Positions 44,599 through 54,728 of a stretch of 64,000 nt of DNA are shown in pieces. A program made the position numbers and the translations under genes. Numbering within the stretch: position 1 is the stretch's first letter; each line of letters opens with the position of its first letter. Below the pieces are notes generated by a model. That model saw only the letters and a program-made list of their open reading frames with translations, was not told where the DNA came from and did not search any database. Source of the stretch: Bacteroidota bacterium (GTDB lineage: Bacteria > Bacteroidota > Bacteroidia > Palsa-948); the NCBI GenBank assembly GCA_016213435.1, contig JACRAL010000098.1:141-64140 (forward strand), written 5' to 3'.

Positions 44599-46197
44599 TC
44601 AAAAATCAGAATAGTGATTTGTAATTCCGGTTTTGATGCCTATAAAGAAGAAGTTGGAATTAAAAGATGAAGTTGAATTTCTTTCCTGTCTTACTGCTAC
44701 ACCGGCTTCTGCCATTAAATCAGATGAAGGAATCAGGCAATACGAGAGTTTTACCTGCATGTAATGCAAGTTGGTTTTTATTCCCTGCGCCAAATAATTT
44801 CCGTATTCCTTCTTTTGTGCTGTGTATGAAAGAAAAATATTGTTTCCCAGATTTCTTCCTCCAACAGAGTCTTTGCCGTAAACGGCATAAAGAAATTCTG
44901 TTTCAAATGTCCATCTTTTGTAGCGGTAATGAAGGAATGAAACCGATTCTGCAAAGTCTGCTCCAAGCGGATGTGCCAGAGGCTGGTTGTAGTTTGCATA
45001 GTTCTGCTGAACGCTTCCGTGTGTGTAAGTAAATGGGCGTGCATAATTTATTTCTGTCTGGAAGAAAAGATTTCTTAATGTAAACAGATCAAAACTCTTG
45101 AAGCCAAGCTGCAATCCGTATTTATTCCCCCACCATCCCCAATGGTGTTTTGTATTTGGGAATATGTCGTGAAAGATATCCGCTCCCATTTCTTTGAGTA
45201 AAAACTCATCTATCATAAATTGCCCGTAAAACTGTTGTTTCTTTGCAACTTTCTCTTTGAAAGAAATGCCCATCAGCACATTGTCGGATGAACCGAGAGA
45301 ATATTCTACCGGACGGTAAAAAATAATTGGATTGAGGTAGCTTACATCAAAGCTCCGGCTGCGGTTTTCATCAGCACCTTGCCAGATAACAGATTCAAAA
45401 AGTCCAAGGTTAAAACGCTTGGTTACATTCCAGCTCAGGTAATGAAAGCTTCCGAATTTATTTTTGAAATCATTTTTCATGCCGGAAGCTGCGGTAATGT
45501 CCTTGAATTCCGCAAATAAACAAACGTATTTTATCTTCCAGAGGGTAGTGGATATTTTTAAAAAAGGATAAGAATTAGATACATCCGATAAAAACATGGA
45601 TCGGTAGCCGTCTCCCAAAAAGTTTTTGTCTTTTCCGAACTGGAAATTGAATATTTTGTTTGGAGAGTAAGACAGATAGCCTGAATAATACTGGTAAGAA
45701 TAAGCATTATCTGTGCCATGCGCCTTTCCTAAACCGGGTATAACACCGGTTCGTTTAATGAACGTATCAATGTATGCCGGAAAGGAGGAAACAGCAGCCA
45801 GAAAATTTAATGAGTAATATAGTTTTGGAGTAAAAATATTTCCACCGCCCATGAAACCTATTGAAGATTGGAAACTTGTTTGATGATTCTTTAAATCATA
45901 TCCTGCTTCAAGATTCAAAAGAGGAGTGCCGCAAAAGTTCAGTTGTTTTTTGGAAGCAGGAATATTTGCCGTTTTTTCGGATGCAATTTTATTTGTGGAA
46001 TCAACTGCTGAAGGTGCTTTGCTTTGTTGTGCGGGTTCCCAAAGAAATGGTTTTATGGATGAATGAAATTTCGCATTAGAATCTTGCGATCTTTCTGCTA
46101 CATAATTCCTTTCCTTTTCAAGCACAAGATATTGTTGAGAGAAGGAGAGAGAGGGAAACAGGCAAGAGGCGGTAAGCAGCAGGCAATAAAGTCTCAT
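44599..46197 (-). CDS. outer-membrane beta-barrel protein (Wzi-like capsule-assembly family candidate), paralog of ORF 47536-49257
   Basis: Signal peptide, alternating beta-strand pattern, C-terminal aromatic residue. Shares GDGYRS(M/L)(F/L)LSD and YNQPLAHPLGA(D/N)F with the paralog. Confidence 0.4.
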   Translation of the reverse strand: MRLYCLLLTASCLFPSLSFSQQYLVLEKERNYVAERSQDSNAKFHSSIKPFLWEPAQQSKAPSAVDSTNKIASEKTANIPASKKQLNFCGTPLLNLEAGYDLKNHQTSFQSSIGFMGGGNIFTPKLYYSLNFLAAVSSFPAYIDTFIKRTGVIPGLGKAHGTDNAYSYQYYSGYLSYSPNKIFNFQFGKDKNFLGDGYRSMFLSDVSNSYPFLKISTTLWKIKYVCLFAEFKDITAASGMKNDFKNKFGSFHYLSWNVTKRFNLGLFESVIWQGADENRSRSFDVSYLNPIIFYRPVEYSLGSSDNVLMGISFKEKVAKKQQFYGQFMIDEFLLKEMGADIFHDIFPNTKHHWGWWGNKYGLQLGFKSFDLFTLRNLFFQTEINYARPFTYTHGSVQQNYANYNQPLAHPLGADFAESVSFLHYRYKRWTFETEFLYAVYGKDSVGGRNLGNNIFLSYTAQKKEYGNYLAQGIKTNLHYMQVKLSYCLIPSSDLMAEAGVAVRQERNSTSSFNSNFFFIGIKTGITNHYSDF

Positions 46198-46230
46198 TCG
46201 TAAATTCGTGCTGATTCGTTTTCCGTGGAT

Positions 46231-47448
46231 TTAAAAATCGTCTTCGTGGAATAGTTTTTTCTTTACCTCTTCGCTCACTTTGCCGTGTCCGTTACGACTT
46301 GTTCCGTTCTTTGAGTCATGGGCAAGTTTTGTTGTTTTTTTCTTTTTGAAAAAAAACGGAATCTGTGCTAAAGCAGCAGCAATAGTAAAAAGCAGAACGA
46401 AGGATGTCGTTGGACTCATTCCTCTGAATAATACAGCAAGTGCGATGAGGAGCAGATTGGCCCCATAAAGCGTGAGGGAAACGCCTCTATGCGTCATTCC
46501 GGTGTCGAGAAGGGTATGGTGAATGTGATTCCGGTCGGCTTCGAATGGAGAAACGCCTTTAACGGATCGGTAAACAAAAATCCGCAGTGTGTCAATGAGC
46601 GGGTAGGAGAGGATTGCCATCACAAAGATGGGGCGTTGTATCTCTGAAATAATGGTGTTGCTTACATCTGCACTTGGGGTTTCAATTGCTTTGATGGCGA
46701 GTATAGAGAGCATCAAACCGATAAGGGTTGAGCCAGAATCTCCCATGAAAATATGGGCAGGATAGAAATTAAAAAATAAGAATGCAAGCAGAGATCCTGC
46801 GAGTGAAAACGAAAGCAGCGACATCACAATGTCATTTGCCATGAAAAACCAAATTCCAAAAATCATGGAAGCAATAAAGCCGATCCCGGCAGCAAGTCCG
46901 TCAATTCCATCAATAAAGTTGAACGCGTTGATGATGACGATGATAGAGAAAAGTGAAATAAAGATACTCGACCAGAATGGAATTTCATCCACATTAAAAA
47001 TTCCATGCATATTTTCAATTCGGATGTCTGCCATCAGCACAATAATAAGTGCAACCAGGATGTGGGCAACCAATCTTTTTATCGGAGAAGTGCCCACAAT
47101 GTCATCTTTCGCACCGACAAAAAATAAAACTAATACAGTGGCAAGAATATATTTGAAATCATTTAAAGCTGATTTGGTGACTTCCAGCGCAAGTGCATTT
47201 TTCAGATAGCTTGAATTTGCAACATCAATGTCAAGAAGCGAATTGGATGGAAACCAAAGTACAAAAGAAAAAAATGTTCCGGCAAAAATAATAACACCAC
47301 CTATGGTAGGGATTATGCGTTTGTGGAGTTTCCTTTCTTCGGTGGGCTCGTCAAACAATCGCTTCAGTATAGCCACTTTGATGAGCGAAGGTGTTGAAAG
47401 CAAAACAACTCCGAAAGCAGTGATAAATGTGAGTAGAGGAAGATCCAT
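46231..47448 (-). CDS. MraY/WecA-family (GT4) undecaprenyl-phosphate sugar-1-phosphate transferase
   Basis: IPTIGGVIIF, NAFNFIDGIDGLAAG, multiple TM helices. Confidence 0.8.
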   Translation of the reverse strand: MDLPLLTFITAFGVVLLSTPSLIKVAILKRLFDEPTEERKLHKRIIPTIGGVIIFAGTFFSFVLWFPSNSLLDIDVANSSYLKNALALEVTKSALNDFKYILATVLVLFFVGAKDDIVGTSPIKRLVAHILVALIIVLMADIRIENMHGIFNVDEIPFWSSIFISLFSIIVIINAFNFIDGIDGLAAGIGFIASMIFGIWFFMANDIVMSLLSFSLAGSLLAFLFFNFYPAHIFMGDSGSTLIGLMLSILAIKAIETPSADVSNTIISEIQRPIFVMAILSYPLIDTLRIFVYRSVKGVSPFEADRNHIHHTLLDTGMTHRGVSLTLYGANLLLIALAVLFRGMSPTTSFVLLFTIAAALAQIPFFFKKKKTTKLAHDSKNGTSRNGHGKVSEEVKKKLFHEDDF

Positions 47449-47535
47449 TTGTTAAAATGTTGGTCAAACTTACGGAATTTTTTTTTAAAGGTTACAAAGA
47501 GAATTACAATAAGTGAAAATTAGTGCAATTCGCGA

Positions 47536-49257
47536 CTAAAAATCGTAATAAACATTGTTCAGAGAAGTGCGGATTCCAAAGTAAATGAAGTTGGTTTGAG
47601 AGTTTTCAATTGTGCTTGTGCTGCTTCGGTTTGAAATTCCAACCAAAATATTAAAGTTTGTTGCAGGATTTATAAGATAGCCGATATGAAAATCGAAAAT
47701 CCGTAGCGTTGTTTTTATGCCTTGTCCCATTTCATTGTGGGTAGAATTTACTCCATATAAAGCATTGTTATCTGAACTGAAAATGTTATTGCCGTAATTT
47801 CTTCCGAGAGAATCTTTGCCGATGATGGCATAATTCACTTTTACTTCAGTAAAGAGATTTCCGATGCGATAATTCAGGAAAGCAATTGCTTCTTTGAAAT
47901 TTGCTCCGAGCGGATGTGCCAGTGGCTGGTTGTAATGCGTGTAGCTCTGAGCAGATTTTTTTGAAGCATACGAATAAGGACGAACTTGGTTGTACTCGAC
48001 TTGCAAGTGCAGATTTCGTAATCCGAACAAGTCGAAATATTTTGCTCCTGCCTGAAACCCTTGTTTATTATGCAATGAATTTCTTGTAAAATCCTTTGAG
48101 ATGTCATCCAGCATGTATTGTCCGTAGAGGGAAATTGAATTAGTGATCTTGCATTTCAATGTCCATCCGAGCAACACGTTGTTTGTTCCCGCCAATCCTT
48201 CGGAGAGTGCAGCATTATAAATAAGCGGACTGAAATAATTAAAGTTCAAATCTTGCTTGTTCATCGAATCGCTTGCCTGCCAGACAATCCCTTGAAAAAA
48301 ACCTAATTGAATTCTCTTGTTGATATTCCAGCTCAGGAATTGAAAATTTCCTGCTTTCTTTTGGAATAATCTTTCTGTGCCGGGAGGAGTCTTTACTCCT
48401 CCATCCGTCAAATTCATGAACACAGTATAGAGATTTGTGTACTGAAATTTTCCAAAAGAAGAAGCGACACGCAGAAAAGGATAATTGAACGCATTGTCGC
48501 TCAGCAAAAGCGAGCGGTAGCCATCTCCAATAAAATGTTTTCCGATACCTGCTTGAAAATTAAAATACTTGCTTGGGGAATAGGAAACGTATCCTGAAGC
48601 CATCGCAAAGTCATAGCCGTTGGTTTTAAATCTTTTCCATCTGCCTTGGCCCGGCACAACCAAGGAAGCATTATTGAAGTCCTGTATGTAATTAACAAAG
48701 GTTGCTTGATTTTCAAGAAAAGAACTTTCAAAAGAAAAGTTTTTTCCTATATCTCCGCGCAGCAAAATTCCACGCATGTTCTTGTAAAATGATTTTGAAG
48801 AATCCGCACGATCTCTTCCATATTCAAAGTTAAAAAGGGGGTCAATGGTGAGGTGGAATTTGTCGGTGGTATCGTTGACGATGAAAAGATTTTCTTTTCT
48901 AAATTTAGTTCCAATTTTTTTCCAAAAGGTGTTTTGGTATATTTTTTCTGAATGCCAAGTGTTAGAAATAATTGGTTTGAAACAGGATGTAGAATCAACA
49001 TTATAATAAGCGACACCGTATCCTCCCCATGCACTTCCCCATGAATCAATTGCGTCACTTTTCCATTTGATTGTATCTGCATGTGAGTTAATTAGAGATC
49101 GATTTTTTTCTCTTCCCAAGCTCCATTCCCTATTCAAGGGCAAATTTTTTTGCTGAGAAAAGAGAAAGATTGGAAAAAAAATAAATAGTCCCGTTAGGGA
49201 CATAATATTTATAGAAAAAATGTCCGCAGATGTATTTGAGTTCTGTAGGAACGACAT
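47536..49257 (-). CDS. outer-membrane beta-barrel protein, paralog of 44599-46197 (true start probably the Met near 49203, MSLTGLFIFF)
   Basis: See paralog. A REP hairpin overlaps the probable start codon. Confidence 0.4.
   Translation of the reverse strand: MSFLQNSNTSADIFSINIMSLTGLFIFFPIFLFSQQKNLPLNREWSLGREKNRSLINSHADTIKWKSDAIDSWGSAWGGYGVAYYNVDSTSCFKPIISNTWHSEKIYQNTFWKKIGTKFRKENLFIVNDTTDKFHLTIDPLFNFEYGRDRADSSKSFYKNMRGILLRGDIGKNFSFESSFLENQATFVNYIQDFNNASLVVPGQGRWKRFKTNGYDFAMASGYVSYSPSKYFNFQAGIGKHFIGDGYRSLLLSDNAFNYPFLRVASSFGKFQYTNLYTVFMNLTDGGVKTPPGTERLFQKKAGNFQFLSWNINKRIQLGFFQGIVWQASDSMNKQDLNFNYFSPLIYNAALSEGLAGTNNVLLGWTLKCKITNSISLYGQYMLDDISKDFTRNSLHNKQGFQAGAKYFDLFGLRNLHLQVEYNQVRPYSYASKKSAQSYTHYNQPLAHPLGANFKEAIAFLNYRIGNLFTEVKVNYAIIGKDSLGRNYGNNIFSSDNNALYGVNSTHNEMGQGIKTTLRIFDFHIGYLINPATNFNILVGISNRSSTSTIENSQTNFIYFGIRTSLNNVYYDF
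49188..49201. repeat. REP element GTCCC-GTTA-GGGAC 3' of the RAYT gene
   Basis: Perfect 5-bp stem. Inverted orientation relative to the REPs at 49761-49824. Confidence 0.6.
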
Positions 49258-49258
49258 A

Positions 49259-49720
49259 TTATTGTATTTCTTTTAAAACATACCGTTCATCGTACTCAAC
49301 ATTAAATTTCTGTAACAATTTCGTGTATTTTTCTTTGAATGTCCTTTTCTGATGATGATGCTCCTGATTATTGATGTATTTAACAACCCTGTCAATATGA
49401 GAGTGAGAATAAGAAAATGCACCATAACCTTCCTGCCATTTGAATTTGCCTTTCACAAATCCTTTTTTATTAATCCAGCCGGAAGAATTTCCCTTAATGT
49501 CTTGCAGTAAATCCGGAATTAATTGGTGTGGCTTGTAGCCAATAAAAATATGAATGTGATCAGCCACGCCATTGATTGCAATCAATTTGTGTTTATTGTT
49601 TTGCACTATGCCTGTAATATATTTATACAACTCATCCTTCCATGAATTATTAATCAGGGAAATTCTATCTTGAACGGAAAATACAAATTGAATGTATAAT
49701 TGGGTGTATGTATTTGCCAT
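49259..49720 (-). CDS. IS200/IS605-family Y1 (HUH) transposase, REP-associated tyrosine transposase (RAYT)-like
   Basis: 153 aa. HUH motif DHIHIFI and GYGAFSYS...YINNQEHHH C-terminal Tyr helix, characteristic of Y1 transposases. Flanked by REP hairpins. Confidence 0.75.
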   Translation of the reverse strand: MANTYTQLYIQFVFSVQDRISLINNSWKDELYKYITGIVQNNKHKLIAINGVADHIHIFIGYKPHQLIPDLLQDIKGNSSGWINKKGFVKGKFKWQEGYGAFSYSHSHIDRVVKYINNQEHHHQKRTFKEKYTKLLQKFNVEYDERYVLKEIQ

Positions 49721-49736
49721 GTTTTGAATATTGTGT

Positions 49737-49824
49737 CCCTATGGGGCTATAAACATTTTGTCCCTAACGGGATTTGCATGGTTGGTTTCTTTTTCTATAA
49801 ATATCCTGTCCCTCACGGGACAGG
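49737..49824. repeat. three REP-like hairpins 5' of the RAYT gene (CCC-TAT-GGGG; TCCC-TAAC-GGGA; CCTGTCCC-TCAC-GGGACAGG), the last abutting the fcl stop codon
   Basis: Read directly. All share the GTCCC...GGGAC core. Confidence 0.6.
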
Positions 49825-49826
49825 GA

Positions 49827-50753
49827 TTAGAATTTTTCCTTCACTTCTTCATACACCAATCGAATTCCATCTTCCAAACCAATCTTATGTTTCCATCCGA
49901 TGGAATTAATTTTATTTACATCCATGAGTTTTCGGGGCGTGCCATCCGGTTTTGAAGAATCAAGTTTAAATTCTCCTTCATAACCAACAATCTTTTTTAT
50001 CAGAAGCGCAAGGTCCTTTATGGAGATGTCTGTTCCCATTCCCACATTAATCAATCCTTGTTCGTTGTATTTTTCCATTAGAAATAAACACGCTTCTGCG
50101 CAATCATCCACATGCAGAAATTCTCTTTTTGGTGTTCCGCTTCCCCAGATTTCTGTGAATGGTTTATTCTCTTTTTTCGTTTCGTGAAATTTTCTGAGCA
50201 GGGCGGGAAGCACGTGAGAATTATTTAAATCGTAATTATCGTTAGGTCCGAAAAGATTTGTCGGCATTACGGAAATAAAGTTGCATCCGTACTGTGCTCG
50301 GTAAGCATCGCACATTAATATCCCTGCGATCTTTGCGGCTGCGTAGGGCTCGTTGGTCTCTTCCAGTTTTCCGGTGAGTAAATATTCTTCCTTCAATGGC
50401 TGTGGAGCGAATTTCGGATAAATGCAGGAAGATCCGAGGAACAAAAGTTTCTTCACTTTATTATCGTAAGAACTGTGAATCACATTGTTCTGAATCATTA
50501 GATTTATATAAATGAACTCAGCCCTGAGCGTATTGTTTGCGTTAATGCCTCCCACTTTTGCCGCAGCAAGAAAAACATATTCGGGTTTTTCTTTTGCGAA
50601 AAAATCTTTTACTGCCTGTTGGTTGCAGAGATCAAGTTCTTTGGAAGTGCGTGTAACAATGTTGGAAAATCCTTCCTTCTGAAGTTTTCTCAGAATGGCA
50701 GAGCCCACCATTCCCTTGTGACCTGCGATGTATATCTTACTTTGTTTTTCCAT
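49827..50753 (-). CDS. fcl: GDP-L-fucose synthase (GDP-4-keto-6-deoxymannose 3,5-epimerase/4-reductase)
   Basis: N-terminal [19 protein letters not shown] Rossmann, catalytic YxxxK, 308 aa. Confidence 0.85.
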   Translation of the reverse strand: MEKQSKIYIAGHKGMVGSAILRKLQKEGFSNIVTRTSKELDLCNQQAVKDFFAKEKPEYVFLAAAKVGGINANNTLRAEFIYINLMIQNNVIHSSYDNKVKKLLFLGSSCIYPKFAPQPLKEEYLLTGKLEETNEPYAAAKIAGILMCDAYRAQYGCNFISVMPTNLFGPNDNYDLNNSHVLPALLRKFHETKKENKPFTEIWGSGTPKREFLHVDDCAEACLFLMEKYNEQGLINVGMGTDISIKDLALLIKKIVGYEGEFKLDSSKPDGTPRKLMDVNKINSIGWKHKIGLEDGIRLVYEEVKEKF

Positions 50754-50760
50754 AATGTAT

Positions 50761-50833
50761 CGTCATTGCGAGCGTAGCGAAGCAATCTCACATATTAAAA
50801 AGATTGCTTCGTCATTTCATTCCTCGCAATGAC
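50761..50833. promoter_or_regulatory. nested double hairpin in the gmd-fcl intercistronic region (outer CGTCATTGCGAG/CTCGCAATGACG, inner CGAAGCAATCT/AGATTGCTTCG)
   Basis: 12-bp outer and 11-bp inner perfect stems. Candidate RNA processing/stability or attenuation element, or a dispersed repeat. Confidence 0.45.
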
Positions 50834-50839
50834 GTGAAG

Positions 50840-51928
50840 TTATTCATGTAGATTCAGTACGGTATGTCCTCCCTCCAAAAGGTATTTATCACGCTGAAAT
50901 AATTTAATATCGGATGTTACCATTTCTTTCACTAATTGCTCTACAGAAATCTTTGCCGACCAGCCAAGTTTCTTTTTTGCCTTGGATGCATCACCAATTA
51001 ACAGATCTACTTCTGTGGGACGGAAATATTTTTTATCAATTTCCATGATTGTTTTTCCTGTAGCGGAATTAATTCCTTTTTCGTTCTCATGTTTGCCTTT
51101 CCATTCGATCTTAGTCCCCGTTTCGGAAAAAGCGAGCTCCATAAATTTTCGTACAGATATTTTTTTTTCGGTAGCAAGTACAAAATCATCGGCTTCTTTT
51201 TGCTGAAGCATCAGCCACATTCCTTCCACATAATCTTTTGCATGCCCCCAATCGCGTTCTGCATCCAAGTTTCCAAGGAAAACTTTTTCCTGAAGTCCAA
51301 GATGGATTCTTGCAGCAGCGCGGGTAATTTTTCGTGTTACAAATGTTTCTCCTCTCACCGGACTTTCGTGGTTGAAAAGGATCCCGTTGCAGGCAAACAT
51401 GTTGTATGCTTCGCGGTAATTTTTTGTAATGTAAAATGCATACGCTTTGGCAGCACCATAAGGACTACGTGGATTAAATGGTGTGGATTCTTTCTGCGGG
51501 ATTTCCAGAACATCACCGTAAAGTTCCGAAGTAGAAGCCTGGTAGAATTTAGTTTTCTTTTCCAATTTCAGAATGCGGATGGCTTCGAGCAGGCGAAGCG
51601 CTCCGATTGCATCGGCATTGGCAGTGTATTCAGGAGTTTCAAATGAAACCTGTACGTGAGATTGTGCTGCGAGATTATAAATTTCATCGGGCTGAGTTTC
51701 CTGCACTACCCGGATGAGATTGGTGCTGTCGGTTAGATCACCGTAGTGAAGAAAAAACTTCACGTCTTTCTCGTGTAAATCATGATACAGATGGTCCACA
51801 CGCTGAGTATTGAACATAGAACTTCTGCGCTTGATGCCGTGCACGATATATCCTTTTTTGAGGAGAAGCTCGGCAAGATAGGATCCATCTTGTCCTGTAA
51901 TTCCGGTGATGAGTGCGGTTTTTGGCAT
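50840..51928 (-). CDS. gmd: GDP-mannose 4,6-dehydratase
   Basis: [23 protein letters not shown], catalytic STSELYG and YxxxK, 362 aa. Confidence 0.9.
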   Translation of the reverse strand: MPKTALITGITGQDGSYLAELLLKKGYIVHGIKRRSSMFNTQRVDHLYHDLHEKDVKFFLHYGDLTDSTNLIRVVQETQPDEIYNLAAQSHVQVSFETPEYTANADAIGALRLLEAIRILKLEKKTKFYQASTSELYGDVLEIPQKESTPFNPRSPYGAAKAYAFYITKNYREAYNMFACNGILFNHESPVRGETFVTRKITRAAARIHLGLQEKVFLGNLDAERDWGHAKDYVEGMWLMLQQKEADDFVLATEKKISVRKFMELAFSETGTKIEWKGKHENEKGINSATGKTIMEIDKKYFRPTEVDLLIGDASKAKKKLGWSAKISVEQLVKEMVTSDIKLFQRDKYLLEGGHTVLNLHE

Positions 51929-52012
51929 TAGTTAATTGGTTGATTGGTCCGAATGGTTAAAAAAGTCAGTGCGAATTTATGAATTAATATTCTTCGTAAA
52001 GGCGTTGAGTTT

Positions 52013-52780
52013 TCAAATATGAAGCATAGTAAAAATAGAATCCGCTAATCTGCTTGCTCCAAAACGAAACAATTCAGGTTTCAGCCACCCGCTGCCAAGA
52101 ATTTTTTCTGTCAGACGAAGATATTTTACCGCAGTTTCTCCATCCGTAATTCCACCGGAAGGTTTTATGCCGACTTTCTTTCCTGAATCTTTTATCGTCA
52201 GCAGCATGGCGCAAACAGATTCCAAGGTGGCATTGACTGAAGTTTTTCCTGTGGAAGTTTTGATGAAATCCGCACCTGCATCAATGGCGATTTCGCTTGC
52301 CTTGCGGATGTTTCCGATAGATTCAAGTTCTCCTGTTTCAAGAATCACTTTTAATATTTTTCCTTCGCATGTTTTTTTGAAAGCAGAAATTTCTTCAGAA
52401 ACTACATTGAAATTTTCTTCCAGAAACTTTCCGCGCGAGATCACCATGTCAATTTCATCCGCACCTTCGCTGATTGCATACTTCACTTCTTCTATGCGAA
52501 GATTTAAAGGTAATTGTCCCGATGGAAATGCTCCGGCCACGGATGCTATTTTAATTTTAGTTCCATTCAGATTTTTCTTTGCGGTTGCAACCAAAGTCGG
52601 ATAAACACAAACAGCTGCAGTTTCGAACTTTTTGGCTTTCTCGCAGAGAATAGAAATACTTTTCTCATTATCCTTACCTTCCAAAGAAGAGAGATCAATT
52701 AATGAGAGAATAAGACGAAGTTCTTCTTTTGTAGCCGTAGAAGAAGGAATTGCGCTTATGAGTTTTCGAATGTCGTTCAT
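52013..52780 (-). CDS. deoC: deoxyribose-phosphate aldolase (ORF track extends to 52888; start at MNDIRKL is more likely)
   Basis: Schiff-base Lys region FIKTSTGK, IDMVI, about 255 aa from the internal Met. Confidence 0.75.
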   Translation of the reverse strand: MNDIRKLISAIPSSTATKEELRLILSLIDLSSLEGKDNEKSISILCEKAKKFETAAVCVYPTLVATAKKNLNGTKIKIASVAGAFPSGQLPLNLRIEEVKYAISEGADEIDMVISRGKFLEENFNVVSEEISAFKKTCEGKILKVILETGELESIGNIRKASEIAIDAGADFIKTSTGKTSVNATLESVCAMLLTIKDSGKKVGIKPSGGITDGETAVKYLRLTEKILGSGWLKPELFRFGASRLADSIFTMLHI

Positions 52781-52908
52781 GATGAGATTCAAAGGTAGGT
52801 ATAAAAGCATTTTCAACACAGAGTGTGCAAGCACAAATGAAGTTTTACAGAGGAATGCAGGTAAAACATCTTTCGTATTTTCGTGCAAATTCGTTATTCG
52901 AAGATTTT

Positions 52909-53964
52909 ATGCTTGAAGATAAAAACCCCGCCCGCACTGAACTTTCCAAGCTTGGAGAGTTTGGATTGATCAAACACATTGCTGAACATATAAAACTCAG
53001 CAATCCTTCTTCTGTAAAAGGAATTGGTGATGACGCTGCTGTAATTAAATATGACGATGGCAAACAAACTGTTGTTACGACTGACATGCTTCTCGAAGGT
53101 GTGCATTTTGATCTGAGTTATTGCCCGCTGAAACATTTGGGTTATAAAGCGGTGTCTGTAAATGTTTCCGACATCTATGCGATGAACGCATCGCCAAAAC
53201 AAGTTCTGGTTTCCATTGCCATGTCGAATCGTTTTTCTCTTGAGGCGATTGAGGAATTATATGCTGGAATGCTGCTTGCCTGTGAAAGACATGGTGTTGA
53301 TCTGGTGGGCGGTGATACAAATTCTTCGCGCTCCGGATTAATAATCAGTATTACAGCGATTGGTCAAGCGGATAAAAACGAGATCGTTTGCCGCAGCGGT
53401 GCCAAGCCGACAAACTTGCTTTGTGTTTCGGGTGATCTGGGTTCAGCGTATTTGGGTTTGCAGATCCTTGAACGGGAGAAAAAAATATTCATGGAGAATC
53501 CGCAGATACAACCTGATATGGAAGGAAATGATTATTTGCTTGAGCGACAACTGAAACCCGAAGCGAGAAAAGACATTATTGCGCAACTGGGAGAGAATGG
53601 CGTGCAGCCCACTTCGATGATAGATATTTCTGACGGACTGGCATCGGAAACGCTTCACCTTTGTACCGAATCAAATGTGGGATGCCGTTTGTATGAAAAC
53701 AAAATCCCGATTGACGAAGTTGCAATGCTGCGTGCACAGGAATTTAATTTGAATCCAACCATGTGCGCGCTGAGCGGGGGAGAGGATTACGAATTGCTTT
53801 TTACAATTGACATTAAAGACCACGACAAAATAAAAAAGTGCAAGGATGTTACCGTGATCGGACACATCACTGAAAAAGCAGAAGGCGCAAACTTAGTTCT
53901 CACCGGAACAGAAATGCTTACACCGCTTACTGCTCAGGGCTGGGATGCGTTGTTGAAGAGGTAA
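52909..53964 (+). CDS. thiL: thiamine-monophosphate kinase (ORF track starts 52825; MLEDKN start is more likely)
   Basis: PurM-like fold with ThiL signature IGDDAAV and the DLVGGDT motif. Confidence 0.7.
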   Translation: MLEDKNPARTELSKLGEFGLIKHIAEHIKLSNPSSVKGIGDDAAVIKYDDGKQTVVTTDMLLEGVHFDLSYCPLKHLGYKAVSVNVSDIYAMNASPKQVLVSIAMSNRFSLEAIEELYAGMLLACERHGVDLVGGDTNSSRSGLIISITAIGQADKNEIVCRSGAKPTNLLCVSGDLGSAYLGLQILEREKKIFMENPQIQPDMEGNDYLLERQLKPEARKDIIAQLGENGVQPTSMIDISDGLASETLHLCTESNVGCRLYENKIPIDEVAMLRAQEFNLNPTMCALSGGEDYELLFTIDIKDHDKIKKCKDVTVIGHITEKAEGANLVLTGTEMLTPLTAQGWDALLKR

Positions 53965-53971
53965 TGTTGAT

Positions 53972-53996
53972 GGAAGTAAGCGCGAAGCTCTTACTT
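53972..53996 (+). terminator. stem-loop GAAGTAAG-cgcgaagct-CTTACTTC 8 nt after thiL stop (no T-run)
   Basis: 8-bp perfect stem. Could be a terminator or RNA-stability hairpin. Confidence 0.35.
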
Positions 53997-54000
53997 CGTG

Positions 54001-54585
54001 TTATTGGGATTCTGCCCTTAAAATATAATTTTTTCCTATGTCAAATCGCCTTTCCTTATTTCTTTTACCTATTAGCCAAGCTGTTCCTGTTAATAAAATA
54101 CCTGTTGAAAAAAAGATAGAAAAACCTTTTAAGTTAAATGGTTTTCCTTTTTCATGGGCAAGTCCTGCGGGTACTGAACCAAGTATTGTCATTATACCCA
54201 TAAAAGATAAAGCAAATGAATTATAAGCATTACTTGTTACTTTTTTAGCTCTTGTAATTTCTAAAGTCTTAATCTCATTAGTTGGTATTGCAACAATATT
54301 TCCTGGCCTACAAAAGTTTTCAAAGTATTCTGTAATTATTAATGTGTCCTTTCTCGTTTTATAAAGTCCATAGTTGTGTATTGAGAAGAAGGAATCATTT
54401 TTTAAAGTAAGGCCTATTGGTCTGCCTACAGAATATTTATTTGTTTTGTTGGATATGTTATTCACAATAACTATTGATTGAGAATATGAATTGTCAATTA
54501 AAAGAAGAAATGATATTAAGAATAGGGATCTCATAATTATGTATAAATTCGATATATATGTAAATCCGATTCTTTCGTGTTGCAA
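54001..54585 (-). CDS. hypothetical membrane protein
   Basis: 194 aa with N- and C-terminal TM helices. Confidence 0.35.
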   Translation of the reverse strand: MQHERIGFTYISNLYIIMRSLFLISFLLLIDNSYSQSIVIVNNISNKTNKYSVGRPIGLTLKNDSFFSIHNYGLYKTRKDTLIITEYFENFCRPGNIVAIPTNEIKTLEITRAKKVTSNAYNSFALSFMGIMTILGSVPAGLAHEKGKPFNLKGFSIFFSTGILLTGTAWLIGKRNKERRFDIGKNYILRAESQ

Positions 54586-54611
54586 ATATAAAGTATTCTC
54601 ATAAGATATTT

Positions 54612-54720
54612 TTTATTTATCCTTAATCTGAGCAATCTTCTTTAGCAAAACACTCACTGCTTTTCTTCCTTTTGTTCCCAGTGATATTGAATATTTATTC
54701 ACGTAAAGATGAATGTGCTA
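54612..54720. repeat. degenerate copy (about 93%, ~108 bp) of the 3' end of the mqnD-like gene, located on the far side of the carbonic anhydrase gene
   Basis: ttatttatccttaatctgagcaatcttctttagcaaaacactcactgcttttcttccttttgttcccagtgatattgaatatttattcacgtaaagatgaatgtgct matches 55514-55622. Confidence 0.8.
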
Positions 54721-54728
54721 TTTTAAAA

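Noticed and set aside
52780-52909. Divergent overlap of the deoC and thiL ORFs as annotated in the track
   Set aside because: Both have plausible internal Met starts (MNDIRKL and MLEDKN) that match family N-termini. With those starts the two genes do not overlap.
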